Of a stretch of DNA of 32,000 nt, positions 16,698 to 26,236 are shown piece by piece. The stretch is taken from assembly GCA_030606485.1 (NCBI GenBank), contig JAUWGH010000003.1:270001-302000 (forward strand), in the 5' to 3' direction. The stretch's first letter is position 1. The number at the start of each line of letters is the position of its first letter. The notes below the pieces were generated by a model, which was not told the origin of the DNA, ran no database searches, and was given only the letters and a program-made list of their open reading frames with translations. Origin of the DNA: Promethearchaeota archaeon (GTDB lineage: Archaea > Asgardarchaeota > Lokiarchaeia > Sigyniarchaeales > SOKP01). The position numbers and the translations under genes were made by a program.

Positions 16698-18489
16698 AGA
16701 TATTGGGCATATTTCGGCAATATATGGAACACTTTTAAACGTTAAGGGTTTTCAAAATATTAAAATAAAAGATCTTGTTAAAATAAAAAATAGTAATATT
16801 TTAGGAGAAATTATTAGAATTTTTCCTGATTATGCTGTAGTTCAATGTTTTGAAGATACGGAGAATATTAGTTTATATGAGGAAGTTATCAATTTAGAAG
16901 AACCATTATCAATGGAACTGGGCCCGGGTCTTTTATCAAATATATATGATGGACTTCAAAGACCATTAAATTTAATATATAAATCAGTAGGGAGTTTTCT
17001 ACAAAGAGGTGTAGAAGTTCCTCCACTCTCCCGGGAAAAAAAGTGGGAATTTTTTCCTTTAAAAAAGTTAGGGGATAAAGTAGTAGGGGGGGATGTACTT
17101 GGTGTTGTTCAAGAAACACATTTAATTAAACATAAAATTTTAGTACCTCCGAAAATATCAGGTAAAATTTCATTCATAGTATCTCAAGGAAATTTCACAA
17201 TTTTGGATAATATTTGCAAAATAAATTCTAATGGAAAAGATATTGATATCCAAATGCTACAAAAATGGCCTGTTTATATTAATAGGCCATATAAGAGTAA
17301 GTATGTATCTAAAAAACCATTAATATCTGGAATAAGAGTAATTGATTTTTTATTTCCAATAGCAATGGGAGGTGTTGTAGCTGTTCCAGGAGGGTTTGGG
17401 ACAGGTAAAACTATTATTCAGCATTCTTTAGCCAAATGGTGTAATGCAGATATAATTATCTTTGTTGGTTGTGGTGAAAGAGGAAATGAAATGGCAGACA
17501 TATTAAAAGAATTTCCCAAATTAATTGATCCAACTTCTAAAAGACCATTAATGGAACGGACTATTTTCATTGCTAACACATCTAATATGCCAATTTCAGC
17601 AAGGGAAGCAAGTATATTTTCCGGAGTAACTATGGCAGAATATTATCGCGATATGGGATATAATGTTGCAGTATTAGCAGATAGTACATCACGATGGGCA
17701 GAAGCTTTAAGAGAGATTTCTGGATTATTAGAAGAAATGCCCGCAGAAGGAGGTTTTCCTGCATATCTACCTAAAAGATTATCAGAATTTTATGAGCGTG
17801 CTGGAGTTGTGCAAACATTAGGAAATGAGAGAAGTGAAGGTTCTATTACTTTGGTGGGATCAATTTCTCCACCTGGTGGAGATTTCTCAGAACCCATAAC
17901 AAATACTACAAAAAGATTTGTACAAGCGTTTTGGGCATTAGATGCAACTTTAGCCTATTCTCGTCATTATCCAGCAATTAATTGGTTAGATTCATATTCA
18001 AATTATACAGAAAATTTAATTAGGTGGTGGAAAATAAAAGATATCGATTGGGAAGAAATTTCAATTGATTGGGAAGAATGTAGAAGTATAACCAATTTAA
18101 TTTTATCGAGAGAGAATGAATTAAAAAATATTGTACAACTAATTGGAATGGAAAATTTGCCGTTGGATCAACAATTGACATTATTTATTGCGAATTTAAT
18201 TAAAAATGCTTTTCTTATACAAAATGCATTTGATGAGATAGATAAGTTCTGCTCACCCCGTAAATTAATGAGCATGATTAAGTTAATCTTTATTCTTTAC
18301 AATAAAAGTAAAAATCTCATAAAAAGTGGGGGAATTATTGATGACATAAAAGAATTAGAAAGCATAGAAGTTCTTAATAGAATGAGATATTCAATTAAAA
18401 ATGAAAATATTGAAGAATTTTCTAATATAAAAAAGAAAATGATTAAAGAATTGGAAGAACTTGGTCGAAAATATGAGGAGAGATTTTAA
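16684..18489 (+). CDS. atpA: A/V-type ATPase catalytic subunit A
   Basis: 601 aa, TTG start. ELGPGLL, Walker A GGFGTGKT, GCGERGNEM, IANTSNMP..AREAS, DSTSRWAEALREIS, SPPGGDFSEP, HYPAINWL. No intein. Confidence 0.98.
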   Translation: MTKFKDIGHISAIYGTLLNVKGFQNIKIKDLVKIKNSNILGEIIRIFPDYAVVQCFEDTENISLYEEVINLEEPLSMELGPGLLSNIYDGLQRPLNLIYKSVGSFLQRGVEVPPLSREKKWEFFPLKKLGDKVVGGDVLGVVQETHLIKHKILVPPKISGKISFIVSQGNFTILDNICKINSNGKDIDIQMLQKWPVYINRPYKSKYVSKKPLISGIRVIDFLFPIAMGGVVAVPGGFGTGKTIIQHSLAKWCNADIIIFVGCGERGNEMADILKEFPKLIDPTSKRPLMERTIFIANTSNMPISAREASIFSGVTMAEYYRDMGYNVAVLADSTSRWAEALREISGLLEEMPAEGGFPAYLPKRLSEFYERAGVVQTLGNERSEGSITLVGSISPPGGDFSEPITNTTKRFVQAFWALDATLAYSRHYPAINWLDSYSNYTENLIRWWKIKDIDWEEISIDWEECRSITNLILSRENELKNIVQLIGMENLPLDQQLTLFIANLIKNAFLIQNAFDEIDKFCSPRKLMSMIKLIFILYNKSKNLIKSGGIIDDIKELESIEVLNRMRYSIKNENIEEFSNIKKKMIKELEELGRKYEERF

Positions 18490-18492
18490 AAA

Positions 18493-19878
18493 TTGAGTAT
18501 TGTCTATAAAAGTATTAATCAAATTGAAGGACCTTTAATATTTTTGAAAAATAATCACAAGGTAGTTAATGGTGAATTCATAAGAATAAAATTAGAATCA
18601 GGAGAAGAGCGTAATGGAAAAGTCATAAAAATTACTGAAGAATTTATAATAATTCAGGTTTTTCAAGGGACAGATGGGCTTGCTTTAAATAATTCAGAGA
18701 TCGAATTTTTTGGAGAATCATTTTCAATTCCAATTTCAAAAGATATGCTTGGAAAAACATTTAATAGTTTAGGAAAACCTATAAAAATTGGCACCAAAGA
18801 AACAATTAAGACTGAAATAATTCCTATAACTAAAAAAAATATTAATTCAGGACAAATTAATCCATTTGCAAGAGATTTTCCAACGGAGGTTATCCAAACA
18901 GGAATCTCAGCAATAGATGGATTAAACACATTAATTAGGGGGCAAAAATTACCAATTTTCACAGGACAGGGAATCCCACATAATAGATTAATTGCGCAGA
19001 TAGTTTCTCAAGCAAAAGTTTTGACAGGAGAACCTTTTTTAATAATTTTTTGTGGAATTGGCATAATTTTGGATGATGCTATGTTTTTTATGAAGAAATT
19101 TTTAGAAAGTGGGAATATTCATAATATCATTAATTTTATCAATTTAGCGGATGATCCGACAATGGAAAGACTGATTATTCCGAGGGTTGCTTTAACTACA
19201 GCAGAATATTTTGCCTATGAGGAGGACATGCATGTTTTGGTTATAATGAGCGATATAACAAGTTATTGTGAAGCTTTAAGAGAAATAAGTTTAGCAAAAG
19301 GTGAAATACCGAGTAGAAAAGGGTATCCCGGGTATTTATATAGTGATCTCGCATCTATTTATGAAAGAACTGGAAAAATAAAAGATAAGAAGGGAACAAT
19401 AACCCAAGTTCCGATCATATCAATGCCAAATGATGATATTACGCATCCAATTCCTGATACAACCGGCTATATCACAGAAGGACAAATTGTTTTATCAAGA
19501 GTAATGAATAAGAAAGGAATTTATCCCCCTATTGATGTTTTATCTTCTCTTTCAAGATTAATGAAAGATACTATTGGAAAAGAACAAACAAGAGAAGATC
19601 ATTCAGACGTAGCTAATCAATTATATGCTTCTTATTCTGAGTATATAGACGTGAAATCATTACAATCAATAATTGGTGAAGAAAGTTTGACCGAAGATCA
19701 AAAGGCTATACTTAAATTCGGAGATTCTTTTGAAACTAAATTCATTAACCAGAACTTTAATGAAAATCGCACGTTTTATGATACATTAAATACTGCTTGG
19801 GAAATAATAAGTATTTTACCAAGAAGAAGTTTGATAAGAATTAATCCAAAATTTATTGAGAAATTTTATATAGGATAA
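18493..19878 (+). CDS. atpB: A/V-type ATPase subunit B
   Basis: 461 aa, TTG start. [61 protein letters not shown] with the arginine finger. Confidence 0.98.
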   Translation: MSIVYKSINQIEGPLIFLKNNHKVVNGEFIRIKLESGEERNGKVIKITEEFIIIQVFQGTDGLALNNSEIEFFGESFSIPISKDMLGKTFNSLGKPIKIGTKETIKTEIIPITKKNINSGQINPFARDFPTEVIQTGISAIDGLNTLIRGQKLPIFTGQGIPHNRLIAQIVSQAKVLTGEPFLIIFCGIGIILDDAMFFMKKFLESGNIHNIINFINLADDPTMERLIIPRVALTTAEYFAYEEDMHVLVIMSDITSYCEALREISLAKGEIPSRKGYPGYLYSDLASIYERTGKIKDKKGTITQVPIISMPNDDITHPIPDTTGYITEGQIVLSRVMNKKGIYPPIDVLSSLSRLMKDTIGKEQTREDHSDVANQLYASYSEYIDVKSLQSIIGEESLTEDQKAILKFGDSFETKFINQNFNENRTFYDTLNTAWEIISILPRRSLIRINPKFIEKFYIG

Positions 19879-19909
19879 AAAACAATTGGGAGGGATGATA
19901 ATTTCAATA

Positions 19910-20560
19910 ATGATGCATGGATTTCAAAGACTTAAGCCCACAAAATCAAATTTAATTATACTAAAAAAAAGAGTAAAATTTGCGGAGAAAGGAAGAGAAC
20001 TACTTGAGATAAAAAGAGAGCAGTTAATCTATCAAATTAAAGATATTTGGGTTAAATACAAAATCTTAAGAGAACAATTTACAGATATGATGAGAGATGC
20101 ATATAGCACTTTAAATGATACATATATGGATATGGGGAAAAAGAAAGTCCGCACAATTCAAAATTTCAGTCAAATACATTTTCAACCAAAAATTACCACC
20201 AGTTTTTTTAACATAATGGGAATCATTACTCCTAAAATTAGTTCTGGTTTAGGAGAATTAGAAAAGCTTCCTAGCTATTCATTCAGTGATACTTCTCATC
20301 ATCTAGATACTCTTTTAGATAAATTAAGAGATATATTTGAAAAATTAATTTCACTTGCAGAACTTGAAAGTGTATTACTAAATTACTCAAAAAATTTTCA
20401 GAAATTACATAGAAGAATAAATAGTTTGGATAAAATTATTATCCTTGATATTCTAAATAATATAAAAAAGATTTCAGATATATTAGAAGAAAATGAAAGA
20501 GAAAATATGATTCGATTAAAAAAAATAAAGGAAATAATCGAGAGAGAAAGAGTCTTATAA
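19910..20560 (+). CDS. atpD: A/V-type ATPase central rotor subunit D
   Basis: KPTKSNL, GRELLEIKREQL, RRINSLDK, LEENERENMIRLKKIK. The ORF track starts at TTG 19886; ATG 19910 fits family length and follows a GGGAGGGATGA SD-like tract. Confidence 0.93.
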   Translation: MMHGFQRLKPTKSNLIILKKRVKFAEKGRELLEIKREQLIYQIKDIWVKYKILREQFTDMMRDAYSTLNDTYMDMGKKKVRTIQNFSQIHFQPKITTSFFNIMGIITPKISSGLGELEKLPSYSFSDTSHHLDTLLDKLRDIFEKLISLAELESVLLNYSKNFQKLHRRINSLDKIIILDILNNIKKISDILEENERENMIRLKKIKEIIERERVL

Positions 20561-20614
20561 TTCAATTAAATCATCGATTAATGGAAGTGAATAAAAATTT
20601 TAAAATTAGAACAA

Positions 20615-22858
20615 ATGAGTTTAATAAGAATTAATTTTGATACAAGCATTACATCTGAATTAATTGGATATCTACCTGATTTGAAATATATCCAAATAGA
20701 AGAAATTAAGAAAAAAGAAGAAGAAAAATTAGAGAAAGAAAGACTTAAAAAATTAAGTGAAGTGGCAGTTAAAATTGAATCTAATCTAAAAACTATTTTT
20801 AAAATCTTAGAAATACAGGGAAATCCTATTAATATAGAACAAAAGAAAGAATTCATTGTAACAAATTTGGAAGATTTATTACACCTAGTTTTAACTCAAA
20901 CGAATCAATATCTAAACAGATTAACGGAAATTGAAAAAACGATTACAATGAATGAAATTCATTTGGAAAGACTTAAGTTAATCGAATCCGGCTTCAAGTT
21001 CCTTAAAAAATATAATTTTTCTAGAGAGAAACTAGAAATTTTTAATCAATTACAATTTAGATGTTATACTACGTTTTCAAAAAATGTGTTAATGTTAGAG
21101 AATATTATTAAATTTTCGGAATTTCCTGTGCTTATGCAACATGAAGAAATATCCGATGACCGGACTGCATTTTTTTTAATTTATCCAAAAGAATTCGATA
21201 AAGAAATCAATCAGAAATTAACAAATATCCACGCTGAGGAAGTAATATTATATAAAAGATATCTAATGAAAACAAGCATAAATTTAACTCAATTTAATCG
21301 AGAAATAAACCAAATTGAGAATAATCTTTCTAAATTGGTACATGAACTCAATTTAATTAAAAAAGAAGATATTGTAATTCTATATGCGTTTAAAGAGATT
21401 TTAGAAAATTTCCAGAAATATCTATTTATTGAAAATAATTTAGCTAGAATTTCTGAAAATTTTTCTCTATTAAAAGTATTTACTCCCACAAAATATAAAC
21501 AAGAAATAATAAATAAGTTAAAAGAACAATTTGAGAATAAAATTAAATTAGAAGCTATTGATATAAAGAAAAATAAATATGTAGATGAGAATAAGGAATT
21601 TTATGAGTCAAAAGTTAAACCTGATAAAATTACAAAAAAAAGAAAGAAAGAAAAAAAAGAAATAATTTCCGATATATCACCAAAAGAAGAGGAAACTGAG
21701 GATCTTCGAGAAAACACGCCAATCGTATTTCAACATAATAGATTTATTCGTCCATTTGAGTCTTTAGTAAAATTATATGGAGCTCCTAATTATTCAGAAA
21801 TTGATCCGACATTCTTTCTTGCCTTTACTTTTCCATTAATATTTGGATTTATGTTTGGAGATGTCGGACATGGTTTGGTTTTAATCATTTCAGGGATTAT
21901 TGGTCGTATTTTATTAAGGAAAAAAGACCAAGACACAAAGAATTTTTGTATAATTATTTTATATTGCGGATTTGGAGCATTATTTGCAGGATTTTTCTAT
22001 GGTGAGTTTTTTGGACAAGAGATAATAATAAATGGAGAAGTTTGGAGATTATTTTATAATCCAATGGAAAATGTAATGCAAATTTTATACTTGGCAATAA
22101 TAATAGGTATTATTCAAATTAATTTAGGTTGGTTTATTCAAGCAATAAATTATTGGAAATCAAAAAAAAAGTTTCTCGCCATTTCTGATTCATTTTTTAA
22201 AATATTATTATTAATTGGCGGTGCAATTCTAATTTTTAATTGGGGTTTTAGAATAACAGAATGGTTCGCACTTCCTTATCCAATATTATTACCGTTAATT
22301 CCTGGTTTACTTCTAATTGTATTAAAACCAATAGGAAAATCTTTACATATTGCTTCTTATCTAAAGGAGGAGTCTTATGGGGGATTAATTGGAGAAGGAT
22401 CTATGGAAGCTTTCGAAACTCTCCTTTCTATTTTAAGTAATGTCTTTTCTTACGCAAGAATTTTAGCATTAGCAATGGCGCATATAGGATTGATGTTTGC
22501 AATCGATGCAATGGCTAATTTAATTCAACCAGACAATATGTTAATGGAAATAGTTAGAATTATTGGTTTAATCTTTGGAAATATGATAGTAATTGTATTA
22601 GAAACAGTAATCGTCTTTATTCATGATTTAAGACTTCATTTTTATGAATTCTTTTCTAAATTTTATGGCGGAGCAGGCAAATTATTCATTCCATTTGAGA
22701 TTACAAACAATTATTACACCATAAATTTTACACAGAAAATAAAAGAAGATAAATTATTAAAAGAAATAGATAAAACAAAAAGAAAAATTGATTTTTCTGA
22801 AATAGAATTAGAGAAAAAAAGGATAATCGACAAATTTTTGGATGGAAAATTAGAATAG
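20615..22858 (+). CDS. atpI: A/V-type ATPase subunit I (a)
   Basis: 747 aa. RPFESLVKLYGAPNYSEIDPT, FGFMFGDVGHG, SYARILAL with essential Arg615, HDLRLHFYEFFSKFY. The true start may be ATT at 20597 (see findings). Confidence 0.96.
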   Translation: MSLIRINFDTSITSELIGYLPDLKYIQIEEIKKKEEEKLEKERLKKLSEVAVKIESNLKTIFKILEIQGNPINIEQKKEFIVTNLEDLLHLVLTQTNQYLNRLTEIEKTITMNEIHLERLKLIESGFKFLKKYNFSREKLEIFNQLQFRCYTTFSKNVLMLENIIKFSEFPVLMQHEEISDDRTAFFLIYPKEFDKEINQKLTNIHAEEVILYKRYLMKTSINLTQFNREINQIENNLSKLVHELNLIKKEDIVILYAFKEILENFQKYLFIENNLARISENFSLLKVFTPTKYKQEIINKLKEQFENKIKLEAIDIKKNKYVDENKEFYESKVKPDKITKKRKKEKKEIISDISPKEEETEDLRENTPIVFQHNRFIRPFESLVKLYGAPNYSEIDPTFFLAFTFPLIFGFMFGDVGHGLVLIISGIIGRILLRKKDQDTKNFCIIILYCGFGALFAGFFYGEFFGQEIIINGEVWRLFYNPMENVMQILYLAIIIGIIQINLGWFIQAINYWKSKKKFLAISDSFFKILLLIGGAILIFNWGFRITEWFALPYPILLPLIPGLLLIVLKPIGKSLHIASYLKEESYGGLIGEGSMEAFETLLSILSNVFSYARILALAMAHIGLMFAIDAMANLIQPDNMLMEIVRIIGLIFGNMIVIVLETVIVFIHDLRLHFYEFFSKFYGGAGKLFIPFEITNNYYTINFTQKIKEDKLLKEIDKTKRKIDFSEIELEKKRIIDKFLDGKLE

Positions 22859-22877
22859 AGAATTTTAGGATTTTTTG

Positions 22878-23288
22878 ATGAGTGATGAAAAAAACACAGC
22901 TAAAAAAGTAAATAGCAATAAACTCATTTTAATAATTATTTCAACAATCTTCTTTATTATTATTTTTTTATCAATTTATAATATTTTAATCAATTCCGGT
23001 TTAAATCCTCCAATCTTCTTAACAATTGCGATTTTTATTTTTTTATATTTATTATGTTTAGGGCCTATTTTTAAAGGTAATTTATATTCTACTCTATATC
23101 AAAAATTTGGAAAAAAAACGAAAGAAAAGAAAGAGTATGAATTAATAAAAAAACATGATAAAACAGTAAATCTAAATGTGAAATATATTAAACCTTTAAT
23201 CTTCAAGTGTCCTAATTGTAAATTCTTGTGTGCTCAGTTTATGAAAAAATGTCCAAAATGCGGACAACAATTTCAACGAACTATTTAA
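22878..23288 (+). CDS. Hypothetical two-TM membrane protein with C-terminal zinc ribbon
   Basis: Two hydrophobic helices, a Lys-rich linker, then CPNC-x10-CPKC. Starts 16-19 nt after the atpI stop (TTG 22875 or ATG 22878). Confidence 0.72.
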   Translation: MSDEKNTAKKVNSNKLILIIISTIFFIIIFLSIYNILINSGLNPPIFLTIAIFIFLYLLCLGPIFKGNLYSTLYQKFGKKTKEKKEYELIKKHDKTVNLNVKYIKPLIFKCPNCKFLCAQFMKKCPKCGQQFQRTI

Positions 23289-23371
23289 AACAATTTCCTT
23301 TTGAAATTTCAATAACTTTCTATTTAAATTAAAAATTTATTTTATGGATTTTTTTATTTATTACCTTTAAA

Positions 23372-25294
23372 ATGTTGAATTTAAAGGAAAATAAACATTC
23401 TATGAATTGTATGAGTAATAAAAGTAATTTGGAATATTTTGGATTTATTGGTAAAATTCTTAAGATAGATTTAACAGAGAAAAAAGTGTCTGTGGAAAAA
23501 ATAAATCAAAATTACTCTCATAATTTTTTAGGTGGTGCTGGATATGCTTGTCGGTATTTATTTGAGTTAATTGATAAAGAGATAGATCCTTTATCTCCTC
23601 GAAATAAAATAATGATTATGAATGGACCGTTATGTGGAACAGCAGCTCCCTCTTCCGGAAGGTTTGTAATCTGTTCAAAATCACCTTATACTAATTTATG
23701 GAGTGAATCTAATTGTGGTGGATTTTTTGGACCGGAATTAAAAAAAGCTGGTTATGATGGAATAATTATCTCCGGAAAATCAGAACGTCCGGTTTATATA
23801 AAAATATTTAAAGATAATGCCGAAATATGTGATGCTTCACATATTTGGAGTAAAGGTATAATTGAATCTAATAAAATTCTAAAAAAAGTATTTAATGATT
23901 CAAATGCAAGAGTTTTATGTATTGGGCAGGCAGGAAAAAATTTAGTAAAATATGCTATAGTAGCCGCTGAAGGTAGAGCAGCGGGACGAACAGGGTTGGG
24001 GGCGGTTTTTGGTTCTAAAAAATTAAAAGGGATATCTGTTATGGGAAATAATTTGAAACCAAAAATAGCAAGACCTTCTGAATTTAAAGAAGTTGTAAAA
24101 AAAATAGTAAAATATATCGCAAATTCTAATTTTACTAAAGCTTTTAGAGAATATGGCACAAGCATAGGAATAATGTCTGCTCATTCATCAGGCGATTTAC
24201 CAATAAAATATTTCTCTCAAGGTGAATGGAGTGAAATAGATAAGATTTCAGGACAAACCCTTAGACATGAATATTTAGTAAAAAATAGATCATGTTGGAA
24301 TTGCGTAGTAGGATGTGGAAGAATAGTAGCTATCAATAATAAAGAACATTCTCTGCCGGAACATGAAGGACCTGAATATGAAACTATAGCAGGATTTGGT
24401 TCAATGATTTTAAATAGCAATCTATCGTCAATAATAAGAGCAAATTATATGTGTAATGATTATGGAATTGATACGATAAGTTCTAGTGGATCTATTGCAT
24501 TACTTTATTACTTATATAATCAAAAAAAGATTAAAAAAGAAGATACTGATAATTTAGATTTGCAATGGGGTAATTCGGATTCACTATTAAGATTAATTAA
24601 AAAAATAGCATTTAGAGAGGGAATTGGAGATCTTCTTGCTGATGGTTCTAACGCTGTAGGAGAAAGATTTAATATATCTAGAGATGAAATAGCGACTGTA
24701 AATAATTTAGAAGTTCCATACCATGATATGCGGAATTGTTATGGAATGTCATTAACCTATGGATTTAGCACAAGGGGTCCCTGTCATATGTCTGGAGATA
24801 TCTATAAAATCGGAAGAAAAGGAAATGAAATAGATTTTTCATCGGTTGGAGTTAATAAAATTGATATGCACCAAAACAATAAAAAAATGGCTGAAGCATG
24901 TGCTAAATTACAGGATTATCGTGCTTTCTATTCCAGTTTAATAATATGTAATTTTATAAATCCACCACCTTCATATTTTGTAGAATTATTAAATAGTTTG
25001 TTTGGAATTGACTTTGATTTAGAAAATATTCAACTACTTGGAGAAAGAATCTTTACAATTAAAAGGCTTTTCAATATTAAAATGGGTTTAAATTCAAGAA
25101 ATGATTATATTCCTAAAATTTTACTCACACCAGTTAAGGAAGGAGCGTCAATGGGTAAAGCACCAGATTTTGATAAATTGAAAAATTATTATTATGAGGT
25201 TCGCAATTGGGATCCTCAAACAGGAATACCAAATAAAGAAAAAATAAGAAAATTAGGGTTAAGATATCTCCTTGCTGGTTTTAATTCTCTTTAA
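23372..25294 (+). CDS. aor: Tungsten-containing aldehyde:ferredoxin oxidoreductase family protein
   Basis: 640 aa. GKILKIDL, SKSP.T, GPELKKAGYDG, GRAAGRTGLGAVFGSKKLK, CWNCVVGC, GPEYET, GIDTIS, RGPCH. Start may be a later Met (23402 or 23411). Confidence 0.93.
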   Translation: MLNLKENKHSMNCMSNKSNLEYFGFIGKILKIDLTEKKVSVEKINQNYSHNFLGGAGYACRYLFELIDKEIDPLSPRNKIMIMNGPLCGTAAPSSGRFVICSKSPYTNLWSESNCGGFFGPELKKAGYDGIIISGKSERPVYIKIFKDNAEICDASHIWSKGIIESNKILKKVFNDSNARVLCIGQAGKNLVKYAIVAAEGRAAGRTGLGAVFGSKKLKGISVMGNNLKPKIARPSEFKEVVKKIVKYIANSNFTKAFREYGTSIGIMSAHSSGDLPIKYFSQGEWSEIDKISGQTLRHEYLVKNRSCWNCVVGCGRIVAINNKEHSLPEHEGPEYETIAGFGSMILNSNLSSIIRANYMCNDYGIDTISSSGSIALLYYLYNQKKIKKEDTDNLDLQWGNSDSLLRLIKKIAFREGIGDLLADGSNAVGERFNISRDEIATVNNLEVPYHDMRNCYGMSLTYGFSTRGPCHMSGDIYKIGRKGNEIDFSSVGVNKIDMHQNNKKMAEACAKLQDYRAFYSSLIICNFINPPPSYFVELLNSLFGIDFDLENIQLLGERIFTIKRLFNIKMGLNSRNDYIPKILLTPVKEGASMGKAPDFDKLKNYYYEVRNWDPQTGIPNKEKIRKLGLRYLLAGFNSL

Positions 25295-25414
25295 TTTAAA
25301 TTTTGATGCTTATACCAATTCTGAAACTGACAAATAAATATAGAAATACAAATTATAAATTTACAAATAAATAAAAATTTATTTGAGAAATTCTTTTATA
25401 TTAATGGTATTATC

Positions 25415-26200
25415 ATGTCAGAAATAATTTTAAGTATCCTTATTGGAATGATAATGTTTTCTATTATAATAATTCTTTCGTTGATTTTTTCATCAATTAA
25501 AATCATAAGAGAGTATGAGAGGGTGGTCGTTTTCCGTCTTGGTCGATATGTTGGTATTAAGGGTCCAGGATTATTTTGGATCATACCAAAAATTGATAAA
25601 ATTCATAAGGTGGACCTAAGAACAGTCACATATGATGCTCGTATGATAAAAGTAATTACAAAGGATAATATTAGATGCGATGTAGACTCATTTGTATATT
25701 ATAGAGTAATTGATCCTAAAAAAGCGATTCTAGAAGTTGAAGATTACACTTATGCCACTCAAAATCTCGCAAAAACAGTATTAAGAGATATTCTAGGACA
25801 TGCTGAACTTGATGATTTATTGACAAAAACGCGTGAATTTACCTTGCAAATTCAAGAAGAAATAGACGAAAAGACTGATCCGTGGGGGATAAAGGTGAGT
25901 GAAGTTGCTATTAGCGATGTTATTCTCCCGACAGAAATGCAGAGAGTGATTGCAAAACAGGCAGAAGCCGAGAGAGAACGAAGAGCGAGGATTATTATAG
26001 CTGAAGGAGAATATTTGGCTGCGGAGAAAATGTATCAAGCGGCAGAAATTTATGCTAAAAGTCCAATCACGTTGAAATTACGGGAGCTAAAAACGCTAAC
26101 AGATATTGCTCGAGAAAAAAATTTGGTGGTAGTCACTTCAACTACCGATATTAGTGAATTGGGAAAAATTATTGCCTTAACTCGAAAAAAAGAAAAATAA
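25415..26200 (+). CDS. SPFH/band-7 stomatin-like (slipin) membrane protein
   Basis: 261 aa. N-terminal TM, EYERVVVFRLGR, GPGLFWIIP.ID, VDLRT, DPWGIKV, QAEAERERRA..IAEGE. Confidence 0.95.
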   Translation: MSEIILSILIGMIMFSIIIILSLIFSSIKIIREYERVVVFRLGRYVGIKGPGLFWIIPKIDKIHKVDLRTVTYDARMIKVITKDNIRCDVDSFVYYRVIDPKKAILEVEDYTYATQNLAKTVLRDILGHAELDDLLTKTREFTLQIQEEIDEKTDPWGIKVSEVAISDVILPTEMQRVIAKQAEAERERRARIIIAEGEYLAAEKMYQAAEIYAKSPITLKLRELKTLTDIAREKNLVVVTSTTDISELGKIIALTRKKEK

Positions 26201-26236
26201 TATATAAATAAAATAAGTATTGAAAATCTAAAAAAA

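Noticed and set aside
16684-18489. Possible intein in atpA, a common archaeal intein site
   Set aside because: Length is 601 aa and the Walker A region is uninterrupted; no LAGLIDADG or splicing motifs.
20581-20634. 17-aa ORF overlapping the atpI start, a possible leader or frameshifted N-terminus
   Set aside because: Its translation does not resemble AtpI N-termini, while the in-frame ATT reading does; the sequence is better explained as the SD region.
22875-23288. Calling the 2-TM protein a true homologue of eukaryotic Vo subunit e because of LNP/GP words
   Set aside because: The words are not in the equivalent positions and the composition is low-complexity; kept only as a topological analogy.
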